From: Candidatus Jordarchaeales archaeon
GTDB taxonomy: Archaea; Asgardarchaeota; Jordiarchaeia; Jordiarchaeales; Freyrarchaeaceae
NCBI GenBank assembly: GCA_038889235.1
Contig: JAWAHN010000003.1
Coordinates: 173,703-205,702, forward strand
Direction of reading: 5' to 3'
DNA length: 32,000 nucleotides
Part shown: positions 1 through 9,178 of the stretch, piece after piece
Layout: every line of letters begins with the position of its first letter
Position numbering within the stretch: the first letter of the stretch is position 1
Notes under the pieces: generated by a model
What the model saw: only the letters and a program-made list of their open reading frames with translations
Databases searched by the model: none
Told to the model about the DNA's origin: nothing
Position numbers and translations under genes: made by a program

Positions 1-1233
1 ATATCAGTGTAGAAGTAGGAGTCTCACTTATCCTGAACTCACCATAAGCATTGGTTGTTACTTTAATGGGGAGCACCGGATAGATGGTTTATGGCGCGTT
101 TAACGCTATTAATGGTTCAAGCATTCTCCTCTTTCAACAAAGCTTTCCTCCTCACTATTCATGAGGAGGCCAGCGTCTACATTGCCAACACAAGCATAAG
201 TAAATGCGGCTACTATTTACAGGCATTGGGGGAAACCGTGTTTCAAACGTTTCTGAGGGCGGGCTGCTTGTTAAATCAAGCAATACTGACATAATTGCTT
301 GCACCTTTACATACTGCTATGCCGGGGGTTATAGTTACCGCGAGCGGAGTCCTCATTGATGGCGTCCTCTTTAAAGACTGTGTGTATGGGGTAGTGACGA
401 AGGAGGGATGGTTAACCTGAAGGGTTGCAGTGTTGTGAACTGCAGCTATAGCTTTCATCTGTTTTCCTCCCAGAATACTGTTAAGGGGTGTGTCGTTGAG
501 GCGGCAAACGAAGGCATTGCACTGTACGAATCAGGTAACAGGATTTCCAGGTGCAACTTTTCACGCTGCAACCGCGCTGTGACCGCGTGTATGGCAGCGA
601 AAACCGCGTGGAGGGCAACAAAGTCTCGGAGGCAGACGTAGGATTCACGACTGTTGGAAAGAAGAGTGAGGTTACCGGTAACTTTGCAGAGAAGTGTAAC
701 CATTCTTCCTATGTAGTAAAATCAACAGACGGATTTTTGCGAGTAACAGTGTTGAGGGAGGAACGCATGGATTCTTGGTTGTGTTCTTCAGCCGGGAACT
801 CCAGCAACGTTGTTAGGGTGCATGCTACGGTTTCTTTTTTGTCGAGTCCTAAGGGGCGACTGTTGTTGGCAACGAAATCTCCGACTGCGAGTACGCGGTA
901 TTCTCATGGTTTTCGGAAGCTGAAACAAGCAACAACGCGTTCACATACAATATCTAAACATTTCTAATTTCACTCCTTACTTTAACCAGCTGGTCCAATC
1001 AGGCAATGTTCAACCAGACAGCCATCATGGCGCCTATCTTCTTCGCGGCTTTCATAGTCTACATGAGAGTGAAAGAGCACGTTGAGAGACGATGCAGAAC
1101 GCTCGGCACTACGGGAGCACTATTCTTTGCAGTAGCTGTAATCTCCTTCAACTCTGCATTATGGAGAGCGCGCGCCGGATTTAATTTGTCATTATTTTTC
1201 ATGTTCTACTTTGCTCAGTCAGCGCCTCCCTAA
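1..1233 (+). pseudogene. Decayed parallel beta-helix (NosD/CASH-like) surface protein with C-terminal membrane segments; 5' end outside the window, may extend to ~1500
   Basis: Repeat-like peptides lie in alternating frames: ISVEVGVSLILNS, GEHRID/VYGAFNAING, VYIANTSISKCGY, NTDIIACTFTYCYAG, VLIDGVLFKDCVYGV, NLKGCSVVNCSYSFHLFSSQNTVKG, SENRVEGNKVSEADVGF, NEISDCEYAVF. They are joined by at least 5 frameshifts and followed by hydrophobic stretches (1006-1233). Confidence 0.62.
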
Positions 1234-1627
1234 CATCCAACCTTTATCCGACACCAGCAACGTACTTCGCTTACTACTATTATTGTTACATGTTCATATA
1301 CATGCCTTCCTTGTTTTACTACGTGAGAGTTGAGGCTTACTTTAAGTACGCCTTACTGACCGCGGCTTTCCTTTCAGCAAGATAAGCTTTCTCGGCACGA
1401 GCTGGATGAACTTCTTACACCCGGAAAGAGACATGCCAGGTACGGCAGAATTAACAACGCCCTTTATTTTGGTGATAAAGTACACTTTATTGACAACAGG
1501 ATTTATAAAGTTTGAAGGAGGCGGAGGGGGCTGTTGAGCGTAAGGAGACCGAGCTCGCCACTAAACCCAAAAAAATGGAAAGGAGACCATGTTTACGGTA
1601 ATGCGAAAACACTTAACAACAAAAAAT

Positions 1628-1672
1628 TTATATCAATTATATCAATTTATTTTAGTCAAAAAGTTTTAAATA
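1628..1672 (+). promoter_or_regulatory. Putative promoter of the DUF998-like gene with an upstream tandem 9-bp repeat
   Basis: TTATATCAA twice (1628-1645), A-rich BRE-like CAAAAAG, TATA-like TTTTAAATA (1664-1672), SD GGAGGGGG (1701-1708) before GTG 1714. Confidence 0.4.
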
Positions 1673-1713
1673 TGAATGGAGGGTGAAGTAGGGCTTGTCT
1701 GGAGGGGGAAACA

Positions 1714-2607
1714 GTGGAGGTTGAAGTCACTAGGAGAGTTGCCGTGGATGCGGACTGGCTTTTGCTGGGTGGCCTAGGGGTGCTGGGGATAGCTGCCGTG
1801 AGCACTTTAACCCTCGCGTTATCCGTGCTACTCTACTCTTCTTCGCCCTTCACGATGGTCTACCCTAAGTTTCCATGGTACCTATACGTGGTTTTCCCAG
1901 TAATGCAGGACTACCTTAACATGTTGTGGCTTCTCTACGCGTCGTCGCCGCTCGCACCACTCTACGTTAGAGTGATGCAGGACTACCTTAACCTGGCGTG
2001 GTTTTTCTATTCGTCTTCGCCGCTCGCCCTAATTTATGCTAGGATCCCGTTCCTTGCCCCGAGAGTATCTTTCCCGTTCATCAACGTCGGCTACAGCCCC
2101 TTCTGGCAGTATATAAGCGAGCTCGGCATGGGGCCAACAGCGCACATATTCAACACTGGAATGATCATCACAGGAATTATAGCGGTTCCAGTCTTCGCCT
2201 TAGCCCATACGGTTCTCGGCCACTCACGCACGGTGAGAATAGGTAGAGTCATCGGAGTCTTCGGCTCCCTTTGCCTCATAGGAGTTGGAGTGTTTCCTAT
2301 GAGCCCGACGACTTTCTCGCTCATAAACTACCATGAGGCGTTTGCAGCTGGATTCTTCCTAGGAGTGGCGACGGCCGCAGCGCTCTTGGGATACGGGATG
2401 GCCAAGAACCCAGTCCTCTCAAGGTTCCACGCTGTCCTAGGAGCAGCAGTCTTCATGTCAGCAGTAATATTCCTGGCACTAGGATTCTACATCGGAGACA
2501 TTATCGCCCCAGTGCTAGAGTGGCTTACGGTAGCCTTGCTAATCTCATGGTTGTTCATAGCGGGAGGACAACTCCTCATCAAAGGAATAACACTCCCTTT
2601 AGCATAA
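1714..2607 (+). CDS. DUF998-like multi-pass membrane protein with a repeated N-terminal extension
   Basis: 297-aa ORF with strong SD and many TM segments. Y-ISELG..G..AHIFN.GMII.G is typical of DUF998. Confidence 0.7.
   Translation: MEVEVTRRVAVDADWLLLGGLGVLGIAAVSTLTLALSVLLYSSSPFTMVYPKFPWYLYVVFPVMQDYLNMLWLLYASSPLAPLYVRVMQDYLNLAWFFYSSSPLALIYARIPFLAPRVSFPFINVGYSPFWQYISELGMGPTAHIFNTGMIITGIIAVPVFALAHTVLGHSRTVRIGRVIGVFGSLCLIGVGVFPMSPTTFSLINYHEAFAAGFFLGVATAAALLGYGMAKNPVLSRFHAVLGAAVFMSAVIFLALGFYIGDIIAPVLEWLTVALLISWLFIAGGQLLIKGITLPLA
1900..2040 (+). repeat. In-frame 72-nt (24-aa) tandem duplication
   Basis: gtaatgcaggactaccttaac (1900-1920) vs gtgatgcaggactaccttaac (1972-1992), giving VMQDYLNMLWLLYASSPLAPLY / VMQDYLNLAWFFYSSSPLALIY. 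Confidence 0.9.
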
Positions 2608-2906
2608 AGTAACCCACCAACCCACTTTTTATTAGCGGATGAAAGGCGCGAAAAGCTCGTCAAAGAATGGTGCGAACACTTTTCCGCGTTCCCCGTAACT
2701 AAAAAGAACACTTACCCTCCGAGGACGCCGAGCTCCCTCCGCTGAACACGTAACCCACAATCTCCCACACATTTTTAAAATTATTGCGAATTACTTAACA
2801 AATTTAATAAAAATATCTGAATTGAAGGATGAAAAATTGAAAAATAATAATACTTAAAAGTTGTGGTGTACGTATTTTATTCGGTACGATGCGGTGGGTG
2901 ATCTAG

Positions 2907-3365
2907 TTGGTGAATATAAACCCGTTGTATAACGCGATATGTTTCGGAACTTTGCTGAGCGCCCTAGATAAGATAGGGGTCTCCCTGCCTATAGTGGCGA
3001 GGCAGACGTCGCAGCTGCTGGAGCCCCTCATGAGGGACTTTCTTAAGGGACTCATAGGAGCTAACGATCTGCCGAAAAACCTTTGCGAGGTTAAGGAAGT
3101 TATAGAAAAGCTTGTGGACGTCGGCGGGATAGGGGAGACGAAAGTGGAAGTCTCGGGTAACACGCTTACCGTTAGCGGCAAAGACTGCATGTACATCGAC
3201 ATGTCGCGCTTCGGCAGAACCCTGGGATACCCAACTTGCCCCATGTGCGTTATCTCACTGATGCTCATAGCGTTAATAAACGTCCCCAAGATAGGCGTAG
3301 TCACCGATACAGTAGTAGAGACAAACGACAACGAGTGCAAAATCAAAATAACGGTAGAAGAGTAA
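2907..3365 (+). CDS. Small Cys-containing V4R/hydrocarbon-binding-like protein
   Basis: 152-aa ORF after an AT-rich promoter region. Helical N-terminus, then ..LTVSGKDCMY..PTCPMC..NECKIKI, a layout resembling V4R/HNOB-type domains. Confidence 0.55.
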   Translation: MVNINPLYNAICFGTLLSALDKIGVSLPIVARQTSQLLEPLMRDFLKGLIGANDLPKNLCEVKEVIEKLVDVGGIGETKVEVSGNTLTVSGKDCMYIDMSRFGRTLGYPTCPMCVISLMLIALINVPKIGVVTDTVVETNDNECKIKITVEE

Positions 3366-3908
3366 CAACACAACACCCCCAAGAGTGACGTAAGAAATGA
3401 CAGCGCTATTAAAACGCTAAACAAGCTCTCAAAAGCAAAGCTGGAAGGTAACAGTTGACATAACGAGCAACCTGCTGCTTAAACTTTTCAAACTCTTATT
3501 CTTTCTTGTCCTGGTTCATTTGTCACCCCTCCTGTCTGGGCCCCGCCCGGATTTGGTATCCAAGCTGCACGTGAACATTACCTCAGATTTCTCTGAAAGC
3601 TTATTCTTAGGGGAAACACTAGTTAGAAAGGCAGGCGCCCCGTCAGTCTTCACAAGAGAAGTTGCAGCAGGTTTTTCCAAGGAAGGGGGGCCTAAAGCCG
3701 GCAGTGCTAAAAAACATTTACATGGACGTTCAAATGAATCAGCATTATAAAAGCTGATTAGCAACTAAGACTGAAGTTAACGAGAGCCACGTCAACACCT
3801 TCAAAGTTCCGGCCGGGAACAAGGCAGTGACGCAACCACCAGTCTAGTTGAGCCCAGACAAACACCAACACGCACATGCTTCACCTTAAACATAATAAAA
3901 TAAAGCTC

Positions 3909-3992
3909 ATAGAGCACGTAACGGTAACCGGGAGGCTTAAACCACTCACCGAAGAAGATTACATGAAGCTGGCAAGACTGTGTCTTCTGTAA
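3909..3992 (+). pseudogene. Possible N-terminal remnant of an IS200/IS605 TnpB-related protein
   Basis: (ATA)EHVTVTGRLKPLTEEDYMKLARLCLL* resembles the N-termini of crenarchaeal TnpB-related proteins as I recall them. No canonical start; ends in a stop. Confidence 0.3.
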
Positions 3993-4483
3993 AAGTTTTT
4001 AAGTTGTTTTAGTTACTATAAGTATCCTGTTTCGATGACGGCGAGATAGCCATCAGGAGCGGGAGGAGAAGTCTATCCCTCGAGGCGTCCCTGTGGTGCC
4101 CGTCGATGTAGCCCCAAATGACCCTGCAACAAGTGAGCAGGAGATAAGGGAGAAGCCCGTGGCGACAATACCCATGGTATTCAAAAATACCTAAACAAAC
4201 CCAAATAAACAACACGAGCAACCACACACAGCATCAGCATACCTCACAACACTCAAGTACATTCAAAACAGAAAAAAAAACATGTACAACTCCAGAGCAT
4301 ACAAACAGCCTAAATGAATAAAAAAGAAAACAGCCCAACTCCCACGGAAGCCCAACTCCCAACTCCAAACACCCGGAAACCTCCAACCCACCTCACGCCA
4401 ACAAACCCCCAACAATACACCCAACTAACTCGCGAAGAAAACAAAAAGCCAGCAGACCCCACCTGTCACTCCTAACTAAACAA

Positions 4484-4499
4484 TAGGCTGTCGAAAATT
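4484..4499 (+). repeat. Left terminal inverted repeat
   Basis: TAGGCTGTCGAAAATT, pairs with 5587-5603. Confidence 0.75.
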
Positions 4500-4528
4500 A
4501 ATATTTATTTTCTAAACTAGTTTAATTT

Positions 4529-5574
4529 GTGGAAGTCGTTCAATCTGTGAAGTTCAAATATGAATCCAATGATGTTGTAAAGAAGCTTCTTGAGGACTTT
4601 AGAGGAATGGTGAACTTATGCTCAGATATAGCTATCAAGAACAAAGCTACTTCTCTGGCGAAAATTCACAGTCTAGCCTATCAGGAGCTTAAGAAAAGGT
4701 TCGATTACCATTCTCAATACTATATCTCTGCTATAAGAGTAGCTCAATCAATACTGAAGTCGTGGAAAAAGAGGGGAAAAGAGCCAACTTTAAGGAAGCC
4801 AGTAATAAGGTTTAGCCCATTACTGACAAAACTTGAGGGTGAGAGACTTAGGATAGCTTTGAGGCCGAGAGAGTTCATCTATATAAACCTTGTTGTTGGA
4901 GATTACCAACGCAAGTTTCTAGGCAAACCTCATGGAATGATAACTATGACTGAAGACTACATCATAATTCCCTTTAAGACTGAGGTTGAAGAACTGGATT
5001 GTGATAAAGCAGTAGCCCTCGACATCAATGAGACAAATATCACAGCCGTCACCTCCGATGGAAAGATTCATGTTTTTGATACAAAAGAAGTGAAAAGGCT
5101 GCATGATTGCTACTTTGAGATAAGGAGGGAAATCCAAAGCAAGTATAAGGGAAACGCTAAGAAAAGAGCCTTAATAAAGTATCGTGGAAGGGAGAAGAGG
5201 CGGTCAGGGATTTCCTACATAAGCTGACAAGAAAAATCGTTGATATTTTCAAGGGGTACACCATCATAATGGAGGACTTGAGGAACCTGAGGGGATCCAT
5301 TGATTATGAAAGAAAGCTCAACAGAAGACTGCATTCATGGAACTTCAGGCAAACTCAATTCTTCATAGACTACAAGGCTAAGCTCAATTGATCCAAGGTC
5401 ATCTACATGAACCCAAGAGGGACAAGCAAGAATTGTTCAGTATATGGGGGAACAATATCCCCGAAAGACAGGACTTGCCCCAAATGCGGAATAAATAGGC
5501 ATGTAAACGCCTGTTTAAACATGCTCAAGATGTGGGGAGCGCAGGGTCCCCCGACACGCCTCTCGATGACATGA
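4529..5574 (+). pseudogene. tnpB: TnpB (IS200/IS605 OrfB) RNA-guided nuclease, inactivated
   Basis: RuvC-I ALDINE. A 1-nt loss at ~5203 shifts the frame, which continues VRDFLHKLTRKIV..IIMEDL (RuvC-II)..RRLHSWNF..YKAKLN* (TGA 5389-5391)..NPRGTSKNCSVY..CPKC..NRHVNACLN. Zn-finger Cys->Tyr and RuvC-III Asp->His. Right-end-like GAGGAAGTCA at 5577-5586. Confidence 0.92.
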
Positions 5575-5586
5575 GAGAGGAAGTCA

Positions 5587-5603
5587 AATTTTTCGACACC
5601 CTG
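5587..5603 (-). repeat. Right terminal inverted repeat
   Basis: AATTTTTCGACACCCTG, directly after the tnpB right-end motif and before the TAAACAA duplication. Confidence 0.75.
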
Positions 5604-5749
5604 TAAACAACAAAAACACACAGGAAACGCAAAAGCCCAACGAAGAACGCACCCGCAACAACAAACAATGAACACTTTTACTATAAAAAATAAAAGGAGG
5701 AACACAAAAAACAACAGAACTAAGAAGCCTTAAAAAGGAGGGGGAACCA

Positions 5750-7205
5750 ACGAGAAAAACAGTAACACTACTACTCTCACTCCTACTGCTCCTAGCACCA
5801 CTCACAGCAACACTCACCCCAACACCAACAACACCAATAATACCAACACAATCACAACAAGCACCCAAACAATTTGCACCGCTCGAAGGTGTCACCTTCT
5901 ATCTTCACCCATCCTACAACGAAACAGGCATCCACGCATATACAACACAGAATGCTACATCATACCTCGGCATCAACTGTACCGGCATCCAAAACCTTAC
6001 GCAAGCCGTAGTCAGAGTAGAAACAAGACCGTTCGAAGCAAATATCGAGGTACAGCTTAATGTCGCAAATGAAACATACTGCAATGATACTATTAATACG
6101 ATCATCAGCCAGCTAAACGTGACTCTCCAGAGAATCGGGATAACCATAAAGGAAGAAACTTCTCGTAATATAAGCCCTACGGGCACCTTTGGAATCTGCA
6201 CCCTTAAACTAGATGGAAATCCACACAGTCTAAGTCAACTGGTTCCTGAAAATACGTTTGCACGCAAAATAGTAGAGACGAAAATAGTAGAGACGTACGA
6301 TGACGCTGAAATTGAGATAACAGACACGCATAAACCGGGTCAGGTACCGGGTGTATTCGGTCTCTGTGATGTTCTTGTTGACGTAAGTGGGGTCATCATG
6401 AGGACGGACACGTACAACTACAACTTCTCGGTGAGAAAAGCTCTAGGCATCACTGAACAGCAAATCGTTGTGAACGTAACACCAACAATAATCACCATAT
6501 GCTATCCCGGAAACTTAACTGATTGTTATCCTGGAACCAATACCACCTCAGTTGAGGTGATAATAGAAAATTCTAGCGTCTCATGGAGGATAAATGCGAG
6601 TGTTACGTTTGATGACATTTTTGTTGCTTTCACTTATGTGCCGAGTTACATGGAGGGGTATATGGAGTGGAACTTGACTGCTGGGGAACACCGCCTGCGT
6701 TTCGATACCGGCTTGATGAATATTACTGTCTGTTAATGTGAGTGGTCGGGTGAGGCTTAGTGTTTGTTCTATGCTTGAGAATCCTGGTGGTGGGTTGCCT
6801 TCTGGCTTGGGCTTCTTGGGGAGGTTCATCGAAATCACGCTTGATGATGAAAGTGCTCTGGTTAGCTTGACGCTTGTCTTTAGTTACAGTGATGATGAGG
6901 TTGCGAGGGCTGGGCTGGATGAGTCCACTTTGGCTGTCTACTACTGGGATGAGTCGAGTGGGAGTTGGGTTAGGATTGAGGGTAGTGTGGTTGACACTGT
7001 GGCTAACACGGTTACTGTCACTGTTGACCATATTACTTACTTTGCGATAGTAGGGAGCACGGGGAGAGAAGAGGCTTCATGGTTGCCGTTTGTAGTGTTT
7101 TTGGCTCGTCCGGCGAGTACCGCTTTAGTCGTAGCTGGTGTTGGGGTTGTAGTCCTGCTAGTGTCTATGGTTGCCGCTTTGATCCTTCGGAGAAGGAGAA
7201 CGTAA
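5750..7205 (+). pseudogene. Secreted, membrane-anchored surface glycoprotein (~485 aa), split by one frameshift at ~6731; start codon ACG
   Basis: Frame open from 5687. SD AAGGAGGGGG (5735-5744), then ACG AGA AAA = (M)RKTVTLLLSLLLLLAPLTA signal peptide, a Pro/Thr linker and at least 15 N-x-S/T sequons. ORF 6738-7205 continues it (NITV|VNVSGRVRL) with YYWDE..G.W....VD...NTVTV.VDH..YFAI, a TM helix and RRRRT. Confidence 0.78.
6266..6295 (+). repeat. Perfect 15-nt in-frame tandem duplication (KIVET KIVET)
   Basis: aaaatagtagagacg twice. Confidence 0.95.
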
Positions 7206-7206
7206 A

Positions 7207-7262
7207 CTCCTCTTTTTCTTTTTCATTGCTTGTTCTTCCGTTTCTTTTCTGTAATTTTTTCA
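7207..7262 (+). terminator. Oligo-T archaeal terminator of the glycoprotein gene
   Basis: Several T-tracts (ctctttttctttttc..tttcttttc..ttttttc) immediately after the TAA stop. Confidence 0.55.
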
Positions 7263-7679
7263 ATTTAGAGGGGGTTTCCGTAGGTTAAATTGTGTTGTTC
7301 GTTGGTGTGTGAGGGTGTTGGATGGGTGGGGATGGCTGAGAGGTTGTTGAGGGAGGTTGAAGAAGCGCTTGGTTAAAGGGGCTGTGAGCTTTATCGCTTA
7401 GCGAGTTTGTTGGTGATTTGTGATAATTGGTTTTGCCCTGGTCGAAAACGTTGAGGTAGAGTGCAGCGTGGGGTTACACTTTGTGATGGAGTGTGGAGGG
7501 GTGCTTTCCTTTGACCGGTTTTCTCGTCGAAAAGTTGTGTTCTTCGAAAGGTTATACTTGAAGGCGCTCGACGGAAAGGAAGCCCCGGGAGAAGGGTGCT
7601 ATGTTGCTAAGCACGCTGTAAGGTGACCGGCGTAGGGTCGTCTTGGTATGCGGAGTTTACGTTTTGATTTTCTGCGTGG

Positions 7680-8270
7680 TTAGCTTAGGTCGATGACGAG
7701 GCAGGGGACTAGGCTTTTCTGTGCGGGGCTTTGTATGTCCACTTTGAGTAGGAGGGGGTCTACGTATGCGACGAGCACTCTTCCCTCCGAGTCCGGCTTG
7801 ACTCGCCAGAACCTCTTTAAATCGTTCTCAGCCAGCGCCCTCCTCCCATCGATGTCGCCTCTTTCGGCGAGCTCTATGGATTTCAAGTAGAAGTCGGTTA
7901 TCGCGTAGTTTACAAGCCTCAAGTTGAACTTCAACTCTTTGTCCCCAAGCTTCTCCCTTGTTTTGAGACTGGCGACCACCGCTCCGCCGTAGTCTCTGAG
8001 GCTTTCCTCTTTCAAGACTATTAGGGGGCAGACAAACCTCGAAGCCTGTAGGAGCGAGTCTAGGGGAGGGTCGTCGACCACCCTCGGTAGGGTTAGAAGC
8101 CTACCCCACTTCACGTCAACTTTCAACGTGTCGGATACCCCGAGCTCCCTGTACTTGAACTTTCTCTTAAGCCACTTAAGCTCGGTGTCGACAGACACCT
8201 CTCTCGAAAAGTAGAGGATGCCCCTAAGGTTCTTAACCAGGTAGAGGTGTAGGGGGTCAGGGTCGCTCAT
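7680..8270 (-). CDS. Hypothetical soluble protein
   Basis: 196-aa ATG ORF with natural composition and host-like codon usage; no recognised motif. Confidence 0.75.
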   Translation of the reverse strand: MSDPDPLHLYLVKNLRGILYFSREVSVDTELKWLKRKFKYRELGVSDTLKVDVKWGRLLTLPRVVDDPPLDSLLQASRFVCPLIVLKEESLRDYGGAVVASLKTREKLGDKELKFNLRLVNYAITDFYLKSIELAERGDIDGRRALAENDLKRFWRVKPDSEGRVLVAYVDPLLLKVDIQSPAQKSLVPCLVIDLS

Positions 8271-8809
8271 TAGAATGCACCAAGAGCCTTCCTACACTCA
8301 TATTTTAAGGACTGCGGAGGGGTTATGAAAATTATTTTGGCTGTAGGCCGAGCTACCAGCCACGCGACACCTGCACGTAAGGTGGCCGGGAGCCCGAAAA
8401 GGGGAACGCTAGAGACGATAGGTCGTGTAATGAGTGCCGTACTATTTCTAGCGGAAACCTAATTTTCCTCGTTCACAACGCTCTTAAGCACGAGCAAAAA
8501 GGCCTTCTTCAAAGAACATGGTTCCGAGTTTAAAAGTGCAGGGGGTAGCGGGGTTGTTGGAGGAGGTATGAGACCGGGGGAAAGCTGGCGGCCTCGGCGG
8601 GCTTAAAGTATGGTGGCTGTGGGGAAACCGATATATGCCTGGAAATGAGGGCTCTGCATGCGGCGAAGGTAATTAGGAGGCCCGCGGAATAAAGGGATGC
8701 TCAGATGAGGGCAGCTCGTAGCGTGTGTCCGGAGTCGTTCCTGGAGTGCCTCTGCAGAAAACGTTTAAATTTTCGCAGAGTCAAATTTCCCTTTGGGGGG
8801 ATAAAGGTT

Positions 8810-9178
8810 ATGGGAATAGCAATTATGGATGAGAACGATGAGGAGAGAATTCTTCAGACTATAAGCGAAGCCCTCTTGAAGTTCGACAAAGTAGACCTAG
8901 GCTACATTTTCGGATCCCTGCTCGAAGAGCTCAACATCGCCGTTGTAACCTCGGAAAAACTCCAACCATTTGAAGCTAGGAAGTTCATTAACAAGCTTGC
9001 AAGATTTATAAGAAAGGTTTTGGGGTACGACTGCAAGATTAACGTTAAAATCCTCCAGCTGTCACCGGTAAGCGTCCAGTACGAGATAATCAGGAGGGGG
9101 AGACTGATCTTCTGCCGAAACCACATTAGACGAGTGATGTATGAAGCTGAAGTAATATCGAAGTGCACCAACTTTTGA
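8810..9178 (+). pseudogene. Degenerate minimal nucleotidyltransferase (MNT/MntA-type antitoxin)
   Basis: ..KVDLGYIFGS..NIAVV..INVKILQLSPVSVQYEIIRRGRLIF..RVMYEAEV follows the MntA layout, but GS-x10-DxD is collapsed to GSLLEELNIA. Likely start ATG 8810 or 8825, not 8705. Confidence 0.65.

Larger units (their letters stand above)
4477..5610. mobile_element. Non-autonomous tnpB-carrying element bounded by imperfect terminal inverted repeats and a 7-bp target-site duplication
   Basis: TAAACAA at 4477-4483 and 5604-5610. Left TIR TAGGCTGTCGAAAATT (4484-4499); right TIR reverse complement CAGGGTGTCGAAAAATT (5587-5603), 12/14 identical. No transposase inside. Confidence 0.75.

Noticed and set aside
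2903-3424. 173-aa minus-strand ORF
   Set aside because: Antisense shadow of the 2907-3365 gene with Ser/Thr-rich composition. The same applies to the many shadow ORFs over the trp, cooS, lhr and herA genes (e.g. 16914-17801, 26318-26878).
3420-3535. Strong SD (GGAGGGGTGA) and ATG 3519 on the minus strand
   Set aside because: The frame hits stops after 7 codons; possibly a decayed gene but unidentifiable.
4333-4366. GCCCAACTCCC direct repeats in A/C-rich DNA
   Set aside because: Two 11-nt copies in low-complexity sequence; no spacer structure, not CRISPR.
5403-5895. Hydrophobic or Cys-rich minus-strand ORFs of 103 aa
   Set aside because: Artefacts of the A/C-rich plus strand; they overlap tnpB and the glycoprotein signal peptide.
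7333-7420. MAERLLREVEEALG* fragment resembling PaREP1/HEPN starts
   Set aside because: Too short, and the downstream frames show no conserved motif.
8705-8809. N-terminal extension of the MNT ORF, and similarly 9434-9517, 16765-16815 and 25184-25231
   Set aside because: Better SD-linked or overlap-coupled starts lie downstream; the extensions look non-coding.
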